In this document: positions 55,837 to 64,000 of the stretch, in pieces
Numbering within the stretch: the stretch's first letter is position 1
Layout of the letters: each line of letters opens with the position of its first letter
From: an uncultured virus (IMG/VR IMGVR_UViG_3300025129_000011)
Taxonomy: Duplodnaviria; Heunggongvirae; Uroviricota; Caudoviricetes
Virus record (IMG/VR): IMGVR_UViG_3300025129_000011
Length of the DNA: 64,000 nt
Reading direction: 5' to 3' (one strand)
The notes under the pieces: generated by a model
What the model was told of the DNA's origin: nothing
The model's input: the letters and a program-made list of their open reading frames with translations, nothing else
Database searches by the model: none
Translations under genes and position numbers: made by a program

Positions 55837-57047
55837 TGAAGGAAAATAACGAAATAATTGATATTAGTAATGTTAATTACAGTGAATGTGAAATATTAGA
55901 TATTGTAGATGGATATGATTATACTATGGATTTTGAGGTGGGTGATACACATTACTATACATTAGAAAATGGTTTAGTGAGTCATAATAGTGTGAGTATT
56001 CTTACTCAAACTACTTCGGGGTTAGAGCCAGTATTTTCCGTATTCCCTTATTTAAGACGTAAAAAGTTAAACCCTAACGATAAAAACGCTAGAGTAGATT
56101 TTACTGATGATAATGGTGACCAATGGCAAGAGTTTTCAGTAACTCATAAACCGCTTATGGATTATATCAAAATCAATAAATTGGATGAAGCAATCACTGA
56201 ATTAAATGATAAAATGAATAAAACCAAAGCTGAAGAAGAAGATTTAGTTTCTAAAGTGGTGATGTTCATAACCAATAACCCTAATCCGTATAGCAATAGT
56301 AGTGCTAATGACATTGATTGGATTGAAAGGGTTAAAATTCAATCAATAATTCAGAAATATACAACCCATTCAATTAGTTCAACAATTAATTTACCTACTG
56401 ATGTAACTAAAGAGGAAGTTTCTGAAATTTACATCAAAGCTTGGGATATGAATTTGAAGGGTGTTACTATTTATCGTGATGGTTGTAGAACTGGAGTTTT
56501 AGTTACTAAAACTGACCCTAAAGAAGATGAAATTGTTTATACAGACGCACCAAAAAGACCTGAAAAATTAGAATGTGAAATTTATCATTCTAAAGTAAAA
56601 GGTAAAATTTATACAGTAATAATTGGATTATTAAAAGGTAAAGTTTATGAAGTATTTGCTAGTGATGAAGAAATTGGTAAAGGTTATACTGAAGCTTATA
56701 ATAAGAAAATTAAATCTGGTCATTATAGTCTTATAACTAGAGGTACTGAAGAAATGATTTATGATAATATCGGTAGCAATATGACTGATGAAGAAGAGAT
56801 GTTCACAAGAGGGTTATCAGCTGCATTAAGACATGGTATGCATGTTAAATTCGCTGTTGAAATGTGTAACAATGGGAAGGGTGATATCACTTCATTTACA
56901 AAGGTTATTGCTAGAACTCTTAAGAGATATATTGAGGATGGAACTTCTTCATCTAAAAAATGTCTTGATTGCGGTGCAGAAAATAGTATTATTTATGAAG
57001 AAGGTTGTCAGCGATGTAAAATCTGTGGTAGTTCTAAATGTGGTTAA
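55836..57047 (+). CDS. nrdJ: NrdJ C-terminal fragment with split-intein C half (55836-55988, 51 aa)
   Basis: TMDFEV..H.Y.LENGLVSHN/SVS..TSGLEP, SISSTINLP, KGVTIYRDG, C-terminal zinc ribbon and Cys pair. Confidence 0.92.
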   Translation: MKENNEIIDISNVNYSECEILDIVDGYDYTMDFEVGDTHYYTLENGLVSHNSVSILTQTTSGLEPVFSVFPYLRRKKLNPNDKNARVDFTDDNGDQWQEFSVTHKPLMDYIKINKLDEAITELNDKMNKTKAEEEDLVSKVVMFITNNPNPYSNSSANDIDWIERVKIQSIIQKYTTHSISSTINLPTDVTKEEVSEIYIKAWDMNLKGVTIYRDGCRTGVLVTKTDPKEDEIVYTDAPKRPEKLECEIYHSKVKGKIYTVIIGLLKGKVYEVFASDEEIGKGYTEAYNKKIKSGHYSLITRGTEEMIYDNIGSNMTDEEEMFTRGLSAALRHGMHVKFAVEMCNNGKGDITSFTKVIARTLKRYIEDGTSSSKKCLDCGAENSIIYEEGCQRCKICGSSKCG

Positions 57048-57083
57048 TTTTTAACAGCTTCCCTTATCATTTATGTTAAGGCC

Positions 57084-57128
57084 AAGAGGTGTAAGTCATA
57101 TAGAATTAGACTTACACCTCTTTTTTTT
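57084..57128 (+). terminator. Strong intrinsic terminator after nrdJ
   Basis: aagaggtgtaagtc/gacttacacctctt stem followed by a T-run. Confidence 0.88.
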
Positions 57129-57170
57129 GTTTAAAACTTTACTTTTAGATATTTATTAGTAAATAAAGTC

Positions 57171-57554
57171 ATGGCAAATAAGAGTATTAATATTAACTTC
57201 CCCTTTAAAGATAGTCCAAAAGGGTTCTTTTTAGATTTAAATACCGTTGATAATAAAGCAATCAAGGCTGATTTATTACATTTAATTCTAACCAATAAGG
57301 GTGAACGTTTATATTTACCTGATTTTGGAACCAATTTAAGAAAATATTTATTTAATCCTTATGATGGAATTACTGAAAGTGAGATAAAATCTGAAATTAG
57401 TGAAGCCATTAAAAAATACATTCCTAATTTGAAAGTAAATTCAATAACTTTCGAAGAAGCACCTCAAAGTCAATATGGTGCTGTAGTTAAATTAGAGTAC
57501 ACTATCACTGAAGATGTATTCGAAACTCGTGACATGATTATTATTCAGTTATAA
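57171..57554 (+). CDS. Baseplate wedge protein (gp25-like)
   Basis: LILTNKGER..PDFGT.L..YLF.P. Confidence 0.9.
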   Translation: MANKSININFPFKDSPKGFFLDLNTVDNKAIKADLLHLILTNKGERLYLPDFGTNLRKYLFNPYDGITESEIKSEISEAIKKYIPNLKVNSITFEEAPQSQYGAVVKLEYTITEDVFETRDMIIIQL

Positions 57555-59166
57555 TTTCATATTTTAAATTACCAGAATCGTAAATCCTATATAAACCTAA
57601 TTTTTGTGTAATCTCATTTTCTGTTAAGTTTGAATCATAACCCATTTTAACTAATTTATGTTTTTGATATTTAAATCTATTCTCTCTTATTTTTAAAACA
57701 TCATTAAATAATGTGTAATTAGGTAACGAAGCATGTTTAAATTCAAACCCTAAATTTTTATATAAATTACCAGAACTCCACCTTCTATCAGCATAGGATA
57801 TAATTGATTTGGGTTTATAAGTTTTAACAAAGTATTTAAATAACTTACTAGCACCACCAATGACTGTAGTATCTAATTTATTACAAAATCTAATTAATTC
57901 CCACTCAGAGTTACCAAATATTTTTCTTTTACCAAAAGTCATTAGACTAATTAACTCATCATCATAATATAACCCTAATTTAATTTTAGAATTAACATTA
58001 CCTTGAATATGGTTATTATCTAAAAATATCTTACTTGTTTTACTATCTATTAATTTTACAATAGTGTTTCTACCATAAATTCTATTCTTACTTAATCCCA
58101 ATAAATTTTTCAATCTTGATTTAACAATTTCTTTTTTATAAACCCATTCATCTTCGAATAGGTGAATTAATTGAATACCTTTAGATTCACATAATTTAGT
58201 TTTATTTAAGTGATATTTTTTATCTTTATATATTTCTGAATGCCAATACAACCCATTAATTTCAATACCTATTTTTTTAGATGGTATGTAAATATCTAAT
58301 TCTTTACCACCCAATACAGACCTATCATTTTTAATAAAATTTAAATCAATTGATTTAATAAAATCAATAACTTCCATTTCAATTATTGATGTTGAATTGG
58401 TACACTTTTTACAACCATAGTTATTTATATGGTATAAGGGTGTTTCTTTTACTAATCCGTGAGTTTTACAAATAATATCAACTTCAGTGGTCAAATCAAT
58501 ATATTTTACTTTAGAATAATCATATTTATTACCATGAATTTTTTTAGCTTTAGTTATAAATGATTTAGTGTCAAATACTCTACCTAAACAACTTAAACAA
58601 CCTTGACCTTTTGATAAATGATTATTCGGTAATATATCAAACTCACCATGTTTAGGGCAAATAATTGTTATATTAGTTTTAGTGTCAACATATTTTACTT
58701 TAGAATAATCATATCTATCACCATGAATTTTTTTAGCTTTAGTTATAAAAATTTTGGTATCTAATTTAGCAGTTCCACCACAATATTTACACCCTTTACC
58801 TTTTATATGATTATCAGGTATTTGTTGAAATTCACCATGTTTAGGACAAATTATTATAACTTTATTCTTATTTCCAGAGTATTTTACTTTAGAATAATTA
58901 TATCTATCACCATGAATTTTTTTAGATTCATTTATAAATTCTTCATTTGTTTTTAATTGAGATAACCCAAATTCTATATTTTTACATTTTGGACAACCTT
59001 GATTTCTATTTAAATGGTGCACTGGGGTTTTATAAAATTCACCATGTTTAGGGCAAACTATAATAACTTTATCATTATTTCTAACATACACTACTTTAGA
59101 ATAATCATATCTATCACCATGAATTTTTTTAGATTCATTTATAAATTTTTTAGTTGTTTTTTTCAT
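57541..59166 (-). CDS. Free-standing putative homing endonuclease, paralog of 23266-24906
   Basis: HGDRYDYSKV.Y..CPKHGEF repeats; ELDIYIPSKKI.IE.NGLYWH..LIHLFEDEW..RIYDSG. Confidence 0.8.
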   Translation of the reverse strand: MKKTTKKFINESKKIHGDRYDYSKVVYVRNNDKVIIVCPKHGEFYKTPVHHLNRNQGCPKCKNIEFGLSQLKTNEEFINESKKIHGDRYNYSKVKYSGNKNKVIIICPKHGEFQQIPDNHIKGKGCKYCGGTAKLDTKIFITKAKKIHGDRYDYSKVKYVDTKTNITIICPKHGEFDILPNNHLSKGQGCLSCLGRVFDTKSFITKAKKIHGNKYDYSKVKYIDLTTEVDIICKTHGLVKETPLYHINNYGCKKCTNSTSIIEMEVIDFIKSIDLNFIKNDRSVLGGKELDIYIPSKKIGIEINGLYWHSEIYKDKKYHLNKTKLCESKGIQLIHLFEDEWVYKKEIVKSRLKNLLGLSKNRIYGRNTIVKLIDSKTSKIFLDNNHIQGNVNSKIKLGLYYDDELISLMTFGKRKIFGNSEWELIRFCNKLDTTVIGGASKLFKYFVKTYKPKSIISYADRRWSSGNLYKNLGFEFKHASLPNYTLFNDVLKIRENRFKYQKHKLVKMGYDSNLTENEITQKLGLYRIYDSGNLKYEIITE

Positions 59167-59270
59167 ACCTATTTAAATATACCATAAATATACTAAAAAA
59201 TAATTAAAAAACCTAATTTACTTTATTTTTTATAAAAATTATTTATCTTATATTTATAATAAAACAAATT

Positions 59271-61088
59271 ATGAGTAAAGGAATTGCATATTCAAGTAGA
59301 AATTTTGCTGATGTAAGAACAGAATTAATAGATTTTGTAAAACAATATTACCCTGATATTTTATCGGATTTCAATGATGCATCTATTGGTATGCTTTTAA
59401 TTGAGTTAAATGCTGCGGTTAGTGACATGCTTTCAGTAAACACTGATAGAATGTTTCAGGAAACTCAAATTGACTACGCACAACAAAGAAGTTCAGTATT
59501 ATCAATGGCTAGAACTTTTGGTCTTAAAATTCCAGCTAAAAGGCCATCTATAAGTATCGTAGATTTTTCAGTTACTGTTCCAGTACTTGGAGATTCATTT
59601 GATGTTAGATATGCGCCTTTAGTTAGAGTTGGCGCACAAGTAGCTGGTGGTGGTAAAGTGTTTGAAACGATAGATGATATTGATTTCTCAAATCCTTTTA
59701 CTACAGGTGGTTTACCTAATAGGTTAATAATACCTAATTTAGATAGCAACAATAACATCACCAACTATACATTAACAAAAAGAGAAATAGTTTTAAATGG
59801 TATTACTAAAACATTTAAGAAAACAATTTCAACTTCGGATGTAGTACCTTTTTATGAATTGGTATTACCAGATAACGATATTTTATCAATTACTTCAATT
59901 ATAACGAAAAATGGCACTTCATATTCAACTGAACCAACCATTGATGAATTTTTAAATTTTGATAATAGATGGTTTGAAGTTGATGCTTTAGCTGAAGACA
60001 CTAAATTTATTGAAGATGTAAATGCTAGTTCAGATAATGCTGGTATTCGACCAGGTAAATGGGTTAGAATTACTAGAAAATTTATAAAAGAATATACAGA
60101 CAATGGCTTTATAAAAATAATTTTTGGTGGTGGCAGTTCAGATGTGACATCCTTATCAGAATTTAATGTTAATGGTTCATTAACAGATAGAATAGGTGAT
60201 TTCATCAATAACTTATCATTGGGTGAAACTCTTAAAGCTGGAACAACATTATTTGTGCAGTATAGAGTCGGTGGTGGCTCAAACACAAATTTAGGTTCTA
60301 ACACAATCACTACAACTAATTTGATTAATATGTTTATTAATGGGCCAATCGATGCAACCAACAATTCAGTTAGGCAATCATTAACAGTTAATAATCCAGT
60401 TCCAGCATTAGGTGGTAGAGATGAACCTACAGTTGATGAAATTAGAAATTTAGTTAGATATAATTTCGCTTCACAAAATAGAGCGGTAACAATTAAAGAT
60501 TATCAAGCTAGAGTTAGTCTTATGCCTGGTGAATTTGGTGTTCCTTTTAGAACTGGTGTCTTTGAAGAACAAAACAAGATATTAATTTATATTCTAGGTT
60601 TAGATGGTAGTAGTAAATTAACCAATTCATCAACTAGCACGTTAAAACAAAATATTTCCAATTATTTAGCTGATTATCGAATGTTGAATGATTATGTAGC
60701 CATTGCTGATGGCCAAATCGTTAATCTAGGGTTTGAATTTGATTTATTGGTAGAAAAAGATTACCCACAATCACAAATCATTTCAAATGTAATTAATAAT
60801 GTAAAAGATTTCATGGATATTAATAAACATCATATGGGTGAAAATATCTATTTGGGTCAATTGATTGAAAATGTAAATAATGTTGGTGGGGTAACCAACG
60901 TAATAGATATTAGAGTTTTTAACAAAGTAGGTGAAGGAAAATATTCAATGAATGAAATTGAACAACCTTATGTAGATACTACCACAAGACAAATTATGGT
61001 TTCAGATGAATACACATTATTCGGAAATCCTAAAAGTATGTTTGAAGTCCGTTTCCCAGAGAAAGATATCCGCATCCGTGTGAAGTAA
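59271..61088 (+). CDS. Baseplate wedge protein (gp6/J-like)
   Basis: RNFADVRTEL, DFNDASIG, YRVGGG..N, ASQNRAVT..DY. Confidence 0.9.
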   Translation: MSKGIAYSSRNFADVRTELIDFVKQYYPDILSDFNDASIGMLLIELNAAVSDMLSVNTDRMFQETQIDYAQQRSSVLSMARTFGLKIPAKRPSISIVDFSVTVPVLGDSFDVRYAPLVRVGAQVAGGGKVFETIDDIDFSNPFTTGGLPNRLIIPNLDSNNNITNYTLTKREIVLNGITKTFKKTISTSDVVPFYELVLPDNDILSITSIITKNGTSYSTEPTIDEFLNFDNRWFEVDALAEDTKFIEDVNASSDNAGIRPGKWVRITRKFIKEYTDNGFIKIIFGGGSSDVTSLSEFNVNGSLTDRIGDFINNLSLGETLKAGTTLFVQYRVGGGSNTNLGSNTITTTNLINMFINGPIDATNNSVRQSLTVNNPVPALGGRDEPTVDEIRNLVRYNFASQNRAVTIKDYQARVSLMPGEFGVPFRTGVFEEQNKILIYILGLDGSSKLTNSSTSTLKQNISNYLADYRMLNDYVAIADGQIVNLGFEFDLLVEKDYPQSQIISNVINNVKDFMDINKHHMGENIYLGQLIENVNNVGGVTNVIDIRVFNKVGEGKYSMNEIEQPYVDTTTRQIMVSDEYTLFGNPKSMFEVRFPEKDIRIRVK

Positions 61089-61149
61089 TTTATTTCACAC
61101 ATGATAATTGTTTTTTATAAATTTTTGATATTTATTAATAAATAAAAAA

Positions 61150-62046
61150 ATGAAGTGTAGTGAATGTAGTAATAAAGTGCAAAAATTTGGCAAAGTTAAT
61201 AATGAACAAAGATATTTTTGTGTTAAATGTAATAAAACATTTTCAAAAAAATCAATTAAAAGGGAAGTAGAACGTAAAGAAAAATATGAAAGAATTAAAA
61301 AAATGTATATAGAAGATAATTTATCTACAATTGAAATTGCTAAAATATTAGGTGTTAGTTCCACAGTACCACAGAGAATTATTAAAAAAATGGGAATATC
61401 TAAAACAATAAGTGAAGCTAAAAAAGGTAAGGTTAGAATAAGTAAATTACCAGCACAAAAAATAATCAATTTTTATTTAGATGGTGATTCATCAATAGAA
61501 ATAAGTGAAAAATTAAATATATCTAAAAGGTCAGTATTAAATATTTTAGAAAAACATGGAATTGAAAGAAATAATATTTATGAATATAAACATGATAAGA
61601 TTGATGAAATTAAAAAATTATATTTAAATGGAAATTCAATGAATAAGGTTAGTGAAAAATTAAATATACCTTATACTACAATTAACACTAATTTACATAA
61701 ATTGGGTATTGTAAGAACCGAGGATAAATTTAGAATTGGTATTAATTATGAAGAATATTTAGAAGTATTACCAGCTTTTAAAAAATATAGAAGTGATGTT
61801 ATGAAAATTACAAATAAACAAAAAATATATAAATTGGTTAATTTTGATAGAAGGGGTTTATGCGGTGTTGATGGTGTGTACCAATTAGACCATAAATTTT
61901 CAATTTTAGAAGGTTTTAAACAAGGTATTGAACCAGAAATTATTGGTGATATTAAAAATTTAGAATTTATTCCTTGGGAAGAAAATTTAAACAAAGGGTC
62001 AAAATGTTCAATAACGGAAAAAGAATTAAGAAAGGGAGTAAAATAA
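61150..62046 (+). CDS. HNH-like endonuclease with zinc ribbon and HTH repeats
   Basis: CSEC..QRYFCVKC; three S..EI...L.IS-type HTH units; LDHKFS..NL.FIPW.EN..K. Confidence 0.78.
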   Translation: MKCSECSNKVQKFGKVNNEQRYFCVKCNKTFSKKSIKREVERKEKYERIKKMYIEDNLSTIEIAKILGVSSTVPQRIIKKMGISKTISEAKKGKVRISKLPAQKIINFYLDGDSSIEISEKLNISKRSVLNILEKHGIERNNIYEYKHDKIDEIKKLYLNGNSMNKVSEKLNIPYTTINTNLHKLGIVRTEDKFRIGINYEEYLEVLPAFKKYRSDVMKITNKQKIYKLVNFDRRGLCGVDGVYQLDHKFSILEGFKQGIEPEIIGDIKNLEFIPWEENLNKGSKCSITEKELRKGVK

Positions 62047-62052
62047 AAAGTT

Positions 62053-62379
62053 ATGGGATGTGGATGTAAAGGTGATAAAGTTTCACCACAAATAGAAAAC
62101 GAAGAAAAAACTAAATTAACATTAGGTGGTCAATTATTAAAAATACTAACCATAATTTTATTAAGTATTTTGATAATTGTGTTATCACCAATATTACTTA
62201 TTATTTCTTGGTATATTGCATTTAGAGCGGTATTTAGTGATAATTTTAATATTGTAAATTTCATATTAAAGCATTTTACAATTCTCTATTCTGATAAAGA
62301 ATTTAATAAAGATGATTTTAATGAGCAAGAATTTAATGAAGACAATTATGAAATTGTTGGTGTAGATGTAATAAAATAA
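62053..62379 (+). CDS. Small membrane protein
   Basis: MGCGCK N-terminus; long hydrophobic segment. Confidence 0.7.
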   Translation: MGCGCKGDKVSPQIENEEKTKLTLGGQLLKILTIILLSILIIVLSPILLIISWYIAFRAVFSDNFNIVNFILKHFTILYSDKEFNKDDFNEQEFNEDNYEIVGVDVIK

Positions 62380-62383
62380 ATAA

Positions 62384-64000
62384 ATGTCAAAAAATATAAG
62401 AATACGTACAACCCCTAATGGTGGTGATAACCATGTAAAAATTCAATTAAATCAAGATTTTGATTTTCTTGAAATTTTATCTTTAAAAATATCACAAGAA
62501 GATGTATACCGTAGTTTTTACTCAGACTATGGTGTTGTTGTTGGGCGTGTTATTATGAATAGTGGTGTTGGTGTACCTAATGCTAGAATTTCGATATTCA
62601 TCCCACTTACAGATGATGATGCAGCCAACGAGCAAATAGCTCAATTATATCCATATAAAGATTTACAAGATGTTAATTCTGATGGTATTAGATATAACAC
62701 TTTACCTAAAGATGCTCAAGGTGAATGTCACGTACCTATTGGTACATTCCCAACAAAAAGAGAATTAGTTGATAATGAAGAGCTAATGTCTATTTATGAA
62801 AAATATTATAAATACACTACTACAACAAATGATGCTGGTGATTTTATGTTATTTGGAGTTCCAGTTGGAAATCATATTGTGAATGTTGATGTGGATTTAT
62901 CTGATATTGGTATATTTTCTCAAAGACCTTATGATTTTATAGAGCAAGGAAATCCTGAACGTTTGTTTGATTCCCCAACTAAATTTAGAACTAATACAAA
63001 TTTAAATAATTTAACGCAAATTAAAAATAGACAAGTAGGTATTAATGTAATACCATTTTGGGGTGAAAAGGAAAGTAATGAAGTTGGAATATCAAGAATT
63101 GATGTTGATTTAAATTATAATATTAAACCTAAAGCTATTTTTATGGGCTCTATTTTTGGGGATAATGAAAAAAATAGTGTTAATAAAACTTGTACCCCTA
63201 GAAAAAAATTAGGTAGAATTTGTGAAATTAATGAAGGTGAAGGTTCAATTCAAATGTTAAGAAAAAATTTATTTGGACTTAATGAAAGATTTGATGTTGA
63301 TGGCGGTAGGGTTATAAATGAAAATGGTAGTTGGGCTTATCAAATACCCATGAATTTAGATTATGTGGTTACCAATGAATTTGGTGATTTAGTAAAAACT
63401 GAAGATACAACTAGGGGAATTGCGACTAGAGCTAGTGTTCGTTTTAAAATAAATATGGATGAAACTGGTGACGAAGGGCGATTAAGGAGTAGGGCCAAAT
63501 TTTTAGTACCTCACAACCCATCGACTACAAACGAAATTGATTATTCTTTTGATGAATCAACTCCCGATACGCAATTTACTGATATATATTGGAATAAAAT
63601 TTATACTGTTAAAAACTTCGTTTCTAGATTTCAAAGCAACGATAATAAACAAAATAGAAATTTTGTTGGTTTTAAAGATGTTGATAATTGTGTTGGGTCT
63701 AAATCACCATTACCATTTAATACAATAGATGGGGATTGGAACCCATTGTTTGTTGTGTTATGTATTATTATTGAAATAATCGTAACTTTAGCTAGAATTC
63801 TAGCTATTGTTAAAAAAGTTAGGCTACCATGTGACGGCACTAACATTAGAATTAGGGCGAGCTCATCAAAGGGGGCTAGGCAATGGACAAAATGTACGAA
63901 ATTAAACTTAGCTGAATCATTAAATGTTTATGAAATGGATTTTTATAATGATTGGTTAAATGGGTCGTTATACGCCTATTTATTCAAATATAAACGTAAA
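62384..64000 (+). CDS. Large virion/baseplate-associated protein (3'-truncated, not in the ORF track)
   Basis: Open frame MSKNIRIRTTP..DFLEILSL..YGVVVGRV..GVGVPNARISIFIP running to the window end. Confidence 0.75.
   Translation, partial: MSKNIRIRTTPNGGDNHVKIQLNQDFDFLEILSLKISQEDVYRSFYSDYGVVVGRVIMNSGVGVPNARISIFIPLTDDDAANEQIAQLYPYKDLQDVNSDGIRYNTLPKDAQGECHVPIGTFPTKRELVDNEELMSIYEKYYKYTTTTNDAGDFMLFGVPVGNHIVNVDVDLSDIGIFSQRPYDFIEQGNPERLFDSPTKFRTNTNLNNLTQIKNRQVGINVIPFWGEKESNEVGISRIDVDLNYNIKPKAIFMGSIFGDNEKNSVNKTCTPRKKLGRICEINEGEGSIQMLRKNLFGLNERFDVDGGRVINENGSWAYQIPMNLDYVVTNEFGDLVKTEDTTRGIATRASVRFKINMDETGDEGRLRSRAKFLVPHNPSTTNEIDYSFDESTPDTQFTDIYWNKIYTVKNFVSRFQSNDNKQNRNFVGFKDVDNCVGSKSPLPFNTIDGDWNPLFVVLCIIIEIIVTLARILAIVKKVRLPCDGTNIRIRASSSKGARQWTKCTKLNLAESLNVYEMDFYNDWLNGSLYAYLFKYKRK

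Noticed and set aside
20810..61088. Bacterial contractile injection system (eCIS/T6SS) or tailocin
   Set aside because: Interspersed with phage replication and neck genes and homing endonucleases, which indicates a phage genome
61150..61250. IS1-like transposase suggested by the N-terminal zinc ribbon
   Set aside because: No DDE domain or terminal inverted repeats; the C-terminus is HNH-like
1719..63846. Short antisense or alternate-frame ORFs in the track (e.g. 1719-2048, 37314-37769, 47845-48201, 59852-60364, 61095-61469)
   Set aside because: They overlap well-supported genes and have no motifs or expression signals
1..64000. tRNA or rRNA genes
   Set aside because: No cloverleaf or rRNA-like sequence seen in the intergenic regions by eye; tRNAscan was not run

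Overview
An AT-rich 64-kb segment of a large contractile-tailed (myovirus-like, probably jumbo) phage, most likely infecting Bacteroidetes: genes lack Shine-Dalgarno motifs and a TTTG-N20-TAnnTTTG promoter is present. It holds a virion module (S74 tail fibre, neck, duplicated tail-completion genes, sheath, tube, tail chaperone, tape measure, baseplate proteins, tail lysozyme) and a replication module (PolB, SNF2 helicase, glutaredoxin, gp32-like SSB, RecA-like protein, 5'-3' exonuclease, DnaB helicase, class II RNR). The main finding is two back-to-back fractured genes, dnaB and nrdJ. Each is split into N and C halves carrying a naturally split intein, with a Vsr-like endonuclease gene between the halves, and each N half also carries a cis intein, so both enzymes need cis- plus trans-splicing. 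PolB and SNF2 also contain inteins (six in total). Other features: seven free-standing endonuclease genes or remnants, two tnpB-less IS200/IS605 mini-elements, a recurring TATTTAT(A) promoter-like motif, a probable tail-chaperone frameshift, a structured intergenic RNA candidate and two recombination or deletion scars. All family calls come from motif recognition; no database searches were run.
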